A stretch of 57,388 nucleotides of DNA, the filler included, from Sluysia triapertura (Eukaryota): NCBI GenBank assembly GCA_046118255.1. It is 4 parts of 4 records of this genome, joined end to end, with 100 filler letters (N's around TTAATTAATTAA, not from the genome) between each part and the next. Parts side by side here need not be neighbours in the genome. Positions count along the whole stretch, not along the records: positions 25,685 to 42,099 come from JBJNIA010204041.1; 3 more parts are not named here. One strand, written 5' to 3'. Shown here piece by piece: positions 26,047 through 37,628 of this stretch. The position numbers and the translations under genes are program-made. Positions within the stretch are counted from its first letter, which is position 1; every line of letters starts with the position of its first letter. The notes beneath the pieces are model-generated. The model saw nothing but the letters and a program-made list of their open reading frames with translations, was not told the origin of the DNA and made no database searches.

Positions 26047-28641
26047 TTAATATCTGGAATTTTTAATTTGATCATTGACAAAATTATCAATCAATAAAGA
26101 GAAAATACTCGTATCGTTATCGTTTTGCATTTGAAATGATTGTTTAGGATTTGCCTTTAGCTTATTTTTTATTACTTTAAAAATTTTAGAACAACGATGT
26201 AACAAATTATGCTTTGGAACCACATTTTTTTGGTTATCATTATCTGGAAATTCATTAAAAGGTTTTAAAGGGCAATTCGTTGATTGATCATCAAATTTAA
26301 AGTATTTAAAACAATTTTGCTTAAATATTGCAATGTCTTGGTTACGATTTGTAAATTCATCAGATGATTCTAAAACACAAGGTATTGTTTCATTGCTAGA
26401 ACAAGTAAAAATTGGGGTTTCTTTTACTATTTCAGATTTTATTATTAACTTTGGAGAATATTTACAAATAGAATTTTCATTACTAGTTAAAAGTAAATTT
26501 GCATTAGAGTACAAACAATTATGGTTAGTATCAATCTCTTCGAAATTATTAATGCACGTGAAATCATTGGTTTCAAATATTGTGTTATTCTTTAATTTTT
26601 TAATGGATATGTTAAAAAACTGTGAATGATTTTCTTTTGTACAATTTTGCTTTATCAATAACTTACCCTTACAATGGAAAAATTTAGAAAGATATTGTTT
26701 TGAATCATTATTATTGTAATGTTGATTATTTTTCATATTAAATAATGTTAGTTTACGACTGTTGAAGCTGTGTACAAGAATTTCACGAAGTGATTTATAG
26801 CTACTTGATATACTTAATGTATTTGAAAACGTTTTTGGTAACTTAAAATTCGATTTTATCGAATATGGTGAAGAAAAATAACTTAAAGATTGTATCGAAG
26901 AATTATCTAATGTGTTTTGATTACGATTATTATTATCATTTTCCGTGCTAGTAGATTCAGAATCAGAATCCTTTGTTCCTTTTGTAGTTTCTTCATCTTT
27001 AGAAGTTTCTTCTTCAGTTTCGTAGGAAATTTTTGTTTTTCTACTTTCACTTGTCATACTAGATGTATAATCTGTTGATGGTTGAGAAATTAAGTTTAAA
27101 TCATTTTTATTTTTATAATTATCTCTACTTTTCATATTGTTTTTGTCTATATCGTTAGCGTACTGTATTTCCGTGTATTCACTTTCTTTACTTGACGTAT
27201 TCGGTGTTTCTTCTATAATTCTCTTAGTAATAGGCATAATTTCTTTTGAACTACTTTTGCTTTTCGTTGAAATAGTAACAGGAATATCTTCCGTAGTATT
27301 TTTTGATATTGCTTTTGCATCTATTGGCACACATGTTGAAATATTTTTATATTTTGATATCAATTCATTCATTTTATCACTGGCATACTTTAAAGCATCT
27401 TCTTCAATACCTTCAGCTGCAAACCAATGCAAACAAACTTTTTTACGAAATAAATTTCCAAATAAATTTACCAATACTGACCAGTTTTGAATTATTGACG
27501 AATGATTTGCTAATACACAAAGCGACCTAATACTATTTTCTGTATCAAAACAAGGATCATAACCAGGCATATTCGTGTTTACAGCTATTTTAAAGTGTGA
27601 CGGTGCCCAATCAACAAAACTTATTCTGGACTTTTCTTTAACTTCTAAAAGAGATCTATGTATAGATGATAATGAACATCCAAAACCTCTGTAAAGACAA
27701 CATGCCGAAAAATAGCAACCTTGCTGATTATTAACTGTAACAGTGAAAGCACTAGAATCAAAACATTGTTTTGTTATTTTAGATAAATTTATTATATTGT
27801 CACAACTTGTGGTAGCGTACGATGCAATTGGAAAATGTACACCTGGGTATGGCACTAGATTAGTTTGATATGTAACAAAATCTGACGATAACTGATTATT
27901 AAATCTATATGGTAATGTGACAGAACTAGCTACTTTTGCAATATGGTGATTTATGTTAGTAAAATTTATCTTTTGCTGTGGATAAATCACTTTATCACAT
28001 GTTTCGTAAAGTGCACTATTATCAACACTAATTACTAAATTCGACGATTCATATAATCCAGTAATGGATAATACAGTATTATATGGTTCAATTAAATTAT
28101 CGACTTTCAAAATAGATGGTATCAAGCTAATATTAATAATAGATGTTTTTTGACATTCCTCACGTATCATTTCGATTATTTTATGAGTTAAACCGGAACC
28201 AGTGCCACCACCTAATGCATGAAAAATAAGAAATCCATTTAAATTGTCAGTTGATTCTAAAGTATATTTAATTGATTGATGTATTTGCTGAACTATTTCT
28301 GAAGCACATGAATGATAACCTTTTGCGAAAATACTCATTGCATCACTTTTACCATTAACAAGTAGCGCTTGATCGAACATACAACGACCAATACCGGTTT
28401 TAATATCATCGATGACTAAAGGTTCGGAATCAATCATAATTGCTCGTGGTTTGTATTTTCCGCTACAATATTTCGTATAGAGTGACTTGGTATTATCTTT
28501 TAAAGGCCAAGGACAAAAACAAATCGATTCACCTTCAATAGTTAATTCATGTTCTATTCTAAACAATTCCCAAACTGCACTACCAATTTGTAATCCTGCT
28601 TGACCAACATGAATACAAATAATTTCACGAAAATCTCCCAT
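26047..28641 (-). CDS. Divergent alpha-tubulin-like protein with ~430-aa C-terminal extension (864 aa, intronless)
   Basis: Motifs [61 protein letters not shown]..FK and HWF..EGIEE. The uninterrupted ORF continues into S/T/E-rich and then K/N/C-rich sequence. Confidence 0.92.
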   Translation of the reverse strand: [864 protein letters not shown]

Positions 28642-28740
28642 TTTTTTCTAATTATGATACCTTTTTTTGCATTGATTAAATAAAATAATTAATAATAATA
28701 ATTTTATTAAATAATTTAAAATATTTTACGTTGAAACTAG

Positions 28741-28903
28741 TGTTAGACTTCATAAAATGAACTGACCGGGGATCGAACCCGGGACCTCTACCCACTGAGC
28801 TGTCAGCCCCATCTAAAAATTTTATTTTATTATAGTAAATTTTACCCAATGACACGTTAGGCCAATTCAATTATGTTTGACCTCAAACATCCTATAAATC
28901 ATT
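28741..28903 (-). mobile_element. tRNA-containing LTR-like unit plus internal segment (TRIM-like family), copy A; anticodon arm deleted
   Basis: Reverse complement: ATGTTTGAGGTCAAACAT...GGCCTAACGTGTCA...TTTTAGAT GGGGCTGACAGCTCAGTGGGTAGAG|GTCCCGGGTTCGATCCCCGGTCAGTTCATTTTATGAAGTCTAACA. Confidence 0.8.
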
Positions 28904-30154
28904 TTTTATTTAAACAAAATAGTTTGTAATTCTTAAAAACATTCACTTTTAATACTTCCAACCACTTAAATTATAACATTAAAGTATACCATGAAGCACC
29001 CAAAAAACGCTTGATTTTGTCTCATTAGTACCACATAATTATTAAATAACTAGCATAATCTTTAATCATAATCGACTTAAGTTACAAATTAATTCCATAA
29101 ATTTACGGCATTACTCATAAAAGCATATTCGCATCAAGCCATTCAAATATAGTGTTCTTATAAACTATCCACTTTTATAGCTTCTAAGTAGAACCTACTT
29201 GTTAAACTTAAAATAATTAGTAACATAAGTAATTAAGTTTTACAGATGTAGTTCTTTATATTTAGTATTTAGTAACTTATTTAATCGCTAAAATATATTA
29301 GTTTTAGTTATAATTATATTAATGAATAAATAATATTATAACAATAATGATAAAAATTGATATACTTACAAATGTAAATATGATATTAATATTATTTATT
29401 GCTGTTTTCATTCTCATACTCATTATGTATATTATTATTAATATTATCATATTTTATAATCATCATTTTCATAATTTAATCATTAATATACTAATCTCAT
29501 CATCATCATCTTCTTCTTCAACATTATAGTCATACATCCACTATTATCATCGTGCACTGTTATTTTGTGCCTTTATTTAAAATTATATTTGAATCTCGAT
29601 ATATTTTCAACAATCATAAAACAAAGTATAAATATACTTTAATCACTATAAATTAGTGTGTTTACACAATCAAATAACACAATATGATACAAAAAGTCCA
29701 TGGATAACACAACGCGTAGAATGATAATGCCTGCATTTGTCTCGCCTTGAACATAACTAATGACAATAGAGCAATAACAAATCAATTTAATTTGAAGAAT
29801 CTCAATAAATTTAAGAATTACAAAATTCAATGCAAATTATCACAATTTTTCTTATTTTAACACTGATACTATTAAAATCGAAATAATATGTCTTTAATTT
29901 AAATTATTAACAATAGCTCAATAATTTAATTATCACATTATTCTGTTTTTATTCTAACAATGATATTTATTAAATCAAAAGATACAACTCCAAATCTATT
30001 GAAAAATACAACAGTACGTTATCAAAAAATTTAGCAAATACCCAAAGAAAAATTATTAGGTATCAGTAAATCAGATAATAATTAACAAAAAAGTTACAGC
30101 AACACAAAAATTCAATTATTATTTATTCAGGATGATTAATGAAAGAGAACTCCT

Positions 30155-30645
30155 GTGGGGGTAAAAAAAGGCCTAAGGTGCCATTTGGTAAAATTTAAAA
30201 TAATAAAATAAAACTGTTAGACGGGATTGACTAGAAGGTCCCTGAATAGAAGAAAGAAGATTACCTTCTCTAAAAAAAGAGAAAGAAGAGACTAAAACTA
30301 TTATATTAATACTTGTTTTTTTAATCATCGAACTGCGCAGCGAGAGGTCCCGGGTTCGATCCTCGGTCAGTCCATTTTATGAAGTCTAACATTTTGTGAG
30401 CCCACATATCGAATACCCTTCTGATATTGGAATTAATGATTTATATGATGTTTGAAGACAAACATAATTGAATTGGGTGAGATATGTTGGGGTAAAAGGC
30501 CTAAAACGTGCCAAGTAGTATAATTGAATAAATAAAAAAATGAAATTGTTAGACGGGGCTGATAGCTCAGTGGTAGAGCAGTCGGACAGCGCAGACGATG
30601 GTCCCGGGTTCGATCCCCGGTCAGTCCATTTTACGAAGTCTAACA
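30155..30645 (+). mobile_element. Tandem tRNA-containing TRIM-like array: internal - LTR (disrupted, 30215-30391) - 155-bp internal - LTR (30547-30645)
   Basis: TGTTAGAC at 30215 and 30547; GTCTAACA at 30384-30391 and 30638-30645. The block GGGGTAAAA(AA)GGCCTAA..GTGCCA precedes both LTR starts. Confidence 0.7.
30556..30628 (+). pseudogene. tRNA-Ala-like sequence (pseudo-tRNA within LTR-like unit)
   Basis: Acceptor stem GGGCTGA/TCAGTCC with G3-U70 and discriminator A. D arm GCTC-AGTGGTA-GAGC (A box), T arm CCGGG-TTCGATC-CCCGG (B box), T4 run at 30629-30632. The anticodon stem does not pair canonically. Confidence 0.8.
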
Positions 30646-31462
30646 TTGTTATTAAAAGAAGTTTTATACTAGATTATAAATATAAGTAAATTAGGATGCT
30701 GTATTTTTATGTCTGTTTGTATAATGCCAATTGTGATATTAAATTATGATAAGATTCTTTTAAAGAGATATGGGTTTGTTCTTCACAAAACTCATTATCT
30801 TCAGATAATTGTCATGGCAATCTAAAGTCGGAAATTCATTGGAAATTAATATTGAAATTCCATTTTAGTAACGAGTCAGCATAAAACTGATTCTAAGAAA
30901 ATAGCGTGTGCAGTAAACATGCAAAATAAATGAATTGAATTCCCCACTATCTGACAATTATCTGGATACTATATAAAGAGCTGACTTCATACATAAAACA
31001 CGACAACAATATAATCCAAAAAAAGCGACAACAGTAACTGTCGACAAATTAGTCAGGAACTTCTTGCTATAGGGACGCTGGATTCAACTGAGTTGCGGAT
31101 AACGCTCATTGAATCTTTTTCTTCAGCAATAACATTAAGACAAAATAAGTTTACGTGGTTAGTAGAGACTTAAGATTCATTTTGTTTTTATTATTATTTT
31201 ATATTTTATTTGTGGTAGCAACATTTATGTTGTGTAACCCCTGCGAGTTTTAAAGAGTTAAACAATAATTTATTAAAGAATTTGATTAACTATATAAAAA
31301 TTTTGATTTATATAACTATAATTGTGATATAAAGAATAGTTATATAAAGATTTGATTTGTATAATTGTTATATAAGAATATATCGATATTTAGTTTTATT
31401 TGATTTTTTCTTAGTTATTAAAGAGGGATATTAGTAAACGGATAAACACAACAAATAGAAGA

Positions 31463-31575
31463 TGTTAGACTTACCGGGAATCGAACCCGGGATCTCTCGC
31501 TTCATAGCTATTCAGTTCGATAAATTGAATTTAAAACTTTTATTTCACAACAAAAACAAGTACATGCATTAATAG
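31463..31575 (-). mobile_element. tRNA-containing LTR-like unit, truncated copy
   Basis: Reverse complement ...TACTTGTTTTT...ATCGAACTG...AGCGAGAGATCCCGGGTTCGATTCCCGGTAAGTCTAACA. Shares its upstream sequence with the 30305-30391 copy. Confidence 0.7.
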
Positions 31576-32179
31576 GATATATAATCAAATAATATGGTAT
31601 AATTAAATTAATAAAGGATCACATTTATATAATAAGTAGTGAATGTAATAAAGCTGGTACTGATAAATTGTCCATTTAAGAAATTGTTGCTCGTTCTGCT
31701 GTTGTCACTTGTGCTGCTGATGATAAGAAAAATTTTAGTAATTGTTGTTGAAGTATAGGACCACAAGCACACCATTGATAATTCAGAAAAAGCAAACATT
31801 CTACATACATATAATGAGATAGGTGAAAGTGAAAAGGATAGAAAGAATGATATGAAATCACAATCATACCAATGATAAATCACATACAATTAAGTGGGTA
31901 AAATAAAGAAACGAGAATATAGGCAAATAAAGAAGGAAAAAATAAAAATAAAAGAATAGAAGAAAGAAATAAAACAAGAATACAAAATGAAATGAAGAAG
32001 GAGGAAATGAAAATGAAAATGAAGATGTAAAAGAGAATATCAGTTGTTGTATAATAGATTGATTATTTAGGAAGACTTAATTCCCCAAAACAAAAGATTA
32101 AAGATTAAAATGATAAACAAAAGCGTTAATTGATTAAGTCCCAAGATTAAGTCACATGATGCAACAATATTATTTATGT

Positions 32180-33440
32180 GGGATATTGGAGGGAGTTTAG
32201 TGAATGGCGCGCTAAACCAGTAATATCGGCCCTACGGAAGCCTAGCTTTTCAGGATCCCAAGAACCAAGTGCTCTAAATGTTTACGTGTCAATGGAAACC
32301 TGACATTTACGTTGTATTTGGAGCTTATCTTTCGAGTCGGAATATTTCGTAATATTGAAAGTTCTGGCCGCCTTAATTTTCTCATAATCATCAATCTGCG
32401 ACTTGACGTCGATGAAAAAATGTTGGGAGGAATTGACACCTTGCGCTTGTACATCAGGTCTTCGATAGTAACCAGTAATGGGGTTTGCGTATCCATTTTG
32501 ACTAAGAAACCCATTTGTTTAGGTTTACTATGTAAACATATGAGAATCGTGTTGTGTGACTATACGGCCAATGATAGTTTGAAGGCAATTGTTTCCTGTT
32601 CAAAGCCACACTAGCGACACGTAATGGGGAGATGCAGTCGAGTGTTTTGTGGAGAGAAATTAAGATTAAAAGTATTAATCCTGTGGTAGCCAATCCATTG
32701 CTTTAGAGTTTTTAGATAAATTTTTAGATAACATAAAACAAACGAATGGCTTAGTAAGTATCAAAATATTAGGGCACAGCCGCGTGAAACAATTCATACA
32801 TTCCGATTATTAATCTGTCGTCGCCGTTTTAAGTAAGATTGTATTAGGCATCCATACAGATCATCAATTTCAATGTATAATAAGCCATCCTATTGTCATG
32901 CAGTTATAGTTATCAATGAACCTTTTATAAATCGTAAGGATACAAGAATATCAAATAAACAAATAAGTGAAGCTCGCGAATTATTAGAAAAAATTCAAGG
33001 ATTATCGATGAAAGTCGGACTGCGACACGAAATTGTATTGATACATAACGAAAATAAAATTGTGATTGTGAAATGAAGTTAAATACTATGTCCGAGATCA
33101 TAGATTTTCTTAGTTGGATGCCAGACTTGACAAATCATCATCGTATGATCCACGAACTGGTAGTTCCCGCTTACAATGCCAAAGAACATGACGCCAGAGT
33201 TATACGAGTTGTTTTGGAGTTTAAAAGGGAATGGGGCATTTGGAATAAAAGTGACGCGTTGTATGTTCAGAAGGAAACAAATCTGCTGGCTGAGGCTCTT
33301 CCCTGTAGAGTTTGTATTTGGATCAAAAGTATTGGGAGGGGATTCAGTATATAGGCACTGTCATCATTAACATCAATGACAAGAAGGAAAAATGGTTTCT
33401 AAGACGGAGGATTGCACATAATGTAGGTTTTTGTGGTTTT
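32180..33440 (-). mobile_element. Decayed RLE-type non-LTR retrotransposon (NeSL/Utopia/R2-like): RT remnants, CCHC finger and restriction-like endonuclease
   Basis: Minus strand reads QWIGYHRIN, CR*CGFEQETI (32590-32620), IGRIVTQHDS, RRPDV, FFIDVK, KAAR....KY and ALGSWDP (32253-32273). Upstream are F.LVID and Y..SGVMF RT-like remnants. Confidence 0.8.
32945..33025 (+). mobile_element. Small RTE-like reverse transcriptase fragment nested in the RLE element
   Basis: ISNKQISEARELLEKIQGLSMKVGL resembles the post-YADD segment (LL..+...+..VGL.IN) of RTE-clade RT. Confidence 0.4.
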
Positions 33441-34136
33441 TACTGATACTTAAAGCTAAACCTGCGGTAAAATAGAAAAGTGAGCAGGGTTCGGTTACAG
33501 TAAGCGTCTCATGTCGTAGAGACGGCACTTCTGTAACAATATAAGTTAAGTAAAACACATTATCTTAAACTGGCAATGTAAATATGAGAATGTCAAAAAT
33601 ATAATAATGCAATGCTCAATTTATTATGTAACAAATAAATACACAAAACGTTTAATTAAAATTTTATTACAATCACAAAAATTAAATAACTTATATTACT
33701 TACGAGACAAAGATGTAAAGAGAGAAAAGCAGAAATTAAAAATTTTATTTCATAGTTGAAACTCCATTAAGTATTTAACTTCTGTAATTGTATTTTGCAC
33801 TGTATTTTTCCCCTCAATATATCGGGAAACCTTAAAGTTTACTATGTGAAATATTAATTTAAGCATATTTTAAGATATTAGCTTCCTTAGATGAAGTTAA
33901 TATCAATCTTAAAATAAACAAATTACTTGGAGCATGGATTTTAAATCGGATATTGTTTGTTAGTTCCAAATCGTCTATCAAATAAAATTCCAAAGATGAC
34001 CGTGAGTTGATTGCAACTGCTTTAACTATCAACTGGCTTTGTCAATATAAATATCAAAATGATGTTAATTTTAAAATGGCGATTTTCATTGTATTGATGC
34101 TAGCTTAGATACTAGTCATCATCCAATGAAAATCGA

Positions 34137-34176
34137 TGAATGTTCTAGAATATTCTAGAACATTATAGAAGCTTCT
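34137..34176. promoter_or_regulatory. Heat-shock-element-like array of 8 alternating nGAAn/nTTCn pentamers
   Basis: GAAtgTTCtaGAAtaTTCtaGAAcaTTAtaGAAgcTTC; 7 of 8 pentamers are perfect. Confidence 0.6.
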
Positions 34177-37100
34177 ATTCTATTTTTAGAAATTTTATTT
34201 TCTTTTTTGGAAACATTTTCTATTACTTTAATTAATTTTTTGATAATTTTAAATAGTTTTAAATAATTTTAAGGCTCCATTATGACATTTTAAAATTATT
34301 TTGTAGGGTTGTGATGACAACTTAACATCATAATCTATTGTAATAACAATTTATTAAATTATTAAATTTATTTAATTGTTTAATTGAATCTATTTTCTAT
34401 TTTAATTGAATCATGCAAGAATTCGTTACGCATTTAATAAAAAACGAATACTAATAAGCACAAATAAATACTAACTAGCATGGCGGATATAAATGAATAA
34501 ATGTTTATAGTTAGAATTACACAACCAAAACAGTAATGCGTAATTAAGTTATATAAAGAAAACTAGCTATAATATAATATAAGACTCGATGAATTATTGC
34601 AGAATTAAACTGGTTAAGTAGTAAATTTTATATTAAAAGGAAATTAATTGTAACGAAGATGCTGTAAATGTGAAATATATAAACACAAGAATTTTCGAGA
34701 AATATCATTAACATTATTAAACAATAATGTGAACATTATTTAACTTTTGAAAGCTGTTAATATTGATAATGTTGTAAAATCGGTGTTTTTAATTTAAATG
34801 TTTATGTTAATATATTTTGCTAATTAAGTCATTTTTTCTTGTTTTCCATCGATAGGAAAGCGAATAAAAAATGTGAACTTGTTTATAAACTGCACTTCTG
34901 TGTCTATCAAACAAGAAAAATGTCAACATTACTTTAGTTTAAAGTGTAACTAAACAATTTAGAATTATTTTGACAATTTTTATAAACTAATACAAAGCGA
35001 ATAAAGAATATCAAACAGTTAGTTAAAACTAAAATTAATACAACTAAAAATTTCATAAAATATGAAATGATAGGCTCAGATAACAGGTAACAAGACAAGA
35101 TATGTATAACTAATCCTATCAATGTAAAAGATTAATTGTAAAATAATTGTAATAATTAAATAATAATTAAATAATTGTAAAATATTAATAACAAATAGAA
35201 ATAATTATATTTAAAATAAAATAAATAATTATAATATGAACAGAGCCCAGCAAATAATATTAAGGGTGTTACAGCTATACATTTCTTTTAATAAAATAAA
35301 TAATAAATTTGAAAATTATTATATAAGCATTACAAAATTCGAAGAGAATTATTGCAAAGTTTTACAATTTGAAATTTGTTTTATAAAATTTTCGAAAATA
35401 AATTCATTAATACAGTATTGAATCACTAGATACGATATTGTTTGTGTTATACGGTCTTTTGAATTAATCGGTATCAATTTTGATTGATCACTATTCGTAG
35501 TTGTTTTTATCCTCGGTTCTCGCTATCACTAAATCAGATTTGAGTATACATCGATCATATCATAAGGTAGTTTAAACTTTTGTATTAAAGTAATATAATA
35601 AATTATACTTTTATATTGTATATTATTTCTTATTTTGTTATTAGTCTTAGAAATATTTAATTTTATTACATTTTTACGAATTTATTTTATTTCTTTTTGA
35701 AAACCAATAATTAGGTATACATAAAATAAATAGTAAAGTTTGAATCGAAATCTCCGTGCAAGTTTATAAAAAGTAATTAGATATTCATTTTAAAGATTAG
35801 AGAGAAATGATAAAGTCGACCTGAAGGTATTATATAGTGAAAGATAAAGGATCTCCAATTAGATATAGATAAAAGGGAAGGAAAAACTGTGTTGGGTCGG
35901 TTTTCGCTTATGATTTTTTGTCACTAACGCGACATCCCTATGTGGAACTTAACCTTGATTACACACCATAAGATATTCCATATGTTCCACTAACGTCACT
36001 GATATACACAAAATTTCATTTCGAACACACTAAAAAGAAATATGCTTGACATGCACCATTAAGTATTACCAAATGGACTCCCACAATCTCATTACCAAAA
36101 CAAGTGTAGATTATTACTTTTATTTAATGCTATTGTTAAGTTGTAATCTCTTTAAGATATCAAAATTAATTGATCTCGTGATTATTATTGTCATTATTCG
36201 CACTGTTAGTCCGATCATGGAGACTTAATGTAATAAATTTTTTTATAAAATTTTTAATGATTTATATAATTTACAAGATTAGTAGTTCATATAGTTCGAA
36301 AATTTCCACACAATGGTACAAATAGTTTGAATGGCTGTACAGGCAATTATGCGAAAAATATCCTTGCATTGTCATTCCACCTCTTCCGAAACTTAAAGTT
36401 GTCGGTCGTTTCGAAGATGAATTTGTGATTGGTTGTCAGAAATGGTTAGTGTACATTGTTCGACATTCGAGTAAAAACGATACTCACAATGTTATAAAAA
36501 AATAACAATTAGTCTTCGGAAAATTAAAATTCCAAGAGGAAAAAGTTTGATTCATTCTGATATGGGCAATACGAAGAGGAATTTTTCGCGAACCTGAAAA
36601 ATTAAATACACGTAGCAATAATGGATATGAAACATAATCGTCTAAATATTGATTAATGCCTGATTTGAATTAAAAAATCAACTACAATCAAAGTACTATA
36701 AAATTAAACATTCATTCTAATGCAATTGAGTTACGTAAACCGTTATTTCATTTTGAATCATTAAATATTTTTGTTGTAAGTATAACAAATATATTAGAAT
36801 TACATGACAATTTTAATTTTGCTATTGTACAGTTACTGATGCAAAAAATAGAATTAAAAATATATTAGAAAATAATAGTCAATGTAAATAAAGGTAAATT
36901 AAAAGAAAAAGGATATTTTAGTTCCTCAAAACCATCAAAACATTCTTTAAAATGCTCTAGTAAAAATGTTTCTAATATTAATGTTGGGATTGCCCAACTG
37001 AGGATCTGGAGAGGAATGAACATAAGTAAAATCATAAAATGAGGGAAAAACTGGTACACGTTGATGGATTTTTATCTAAAGAAATAACAAAACTAAATTT

Positions 37101-37193
37101 GCTAGCTATTTTATTTGCATTAGAATTATTATTATTGCTAATATTATTATTATCATTATTATTAACTAGGAATAAAACTTTAAAAGGACTTAC

Positions 37194-37628
<435 letters not shown>

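Noticed and set aside
26333-27530. Plus-strand ORFs within the tubulin gene, and other 60-100 aa I/L/F/N-rich ORFs across the window
   Set aside because: Antisense shadows or products of AT-rich low-complexity DNA.
30556-30628. Functional tRNA gene
   Set aside because: The anticodon arm does not pair properly, and sister copies are deleted or diverged with shared non-tRNA flanks.
32873-33354. Two + strand ORFs overlapping by ATGA, suggesting viral or prokaryotic translational coupling
   Set aside because: The first contains an RTE-like RT scrap and the second is antisense to the decayed RLE retrotransposon; the overlap is coincidental.
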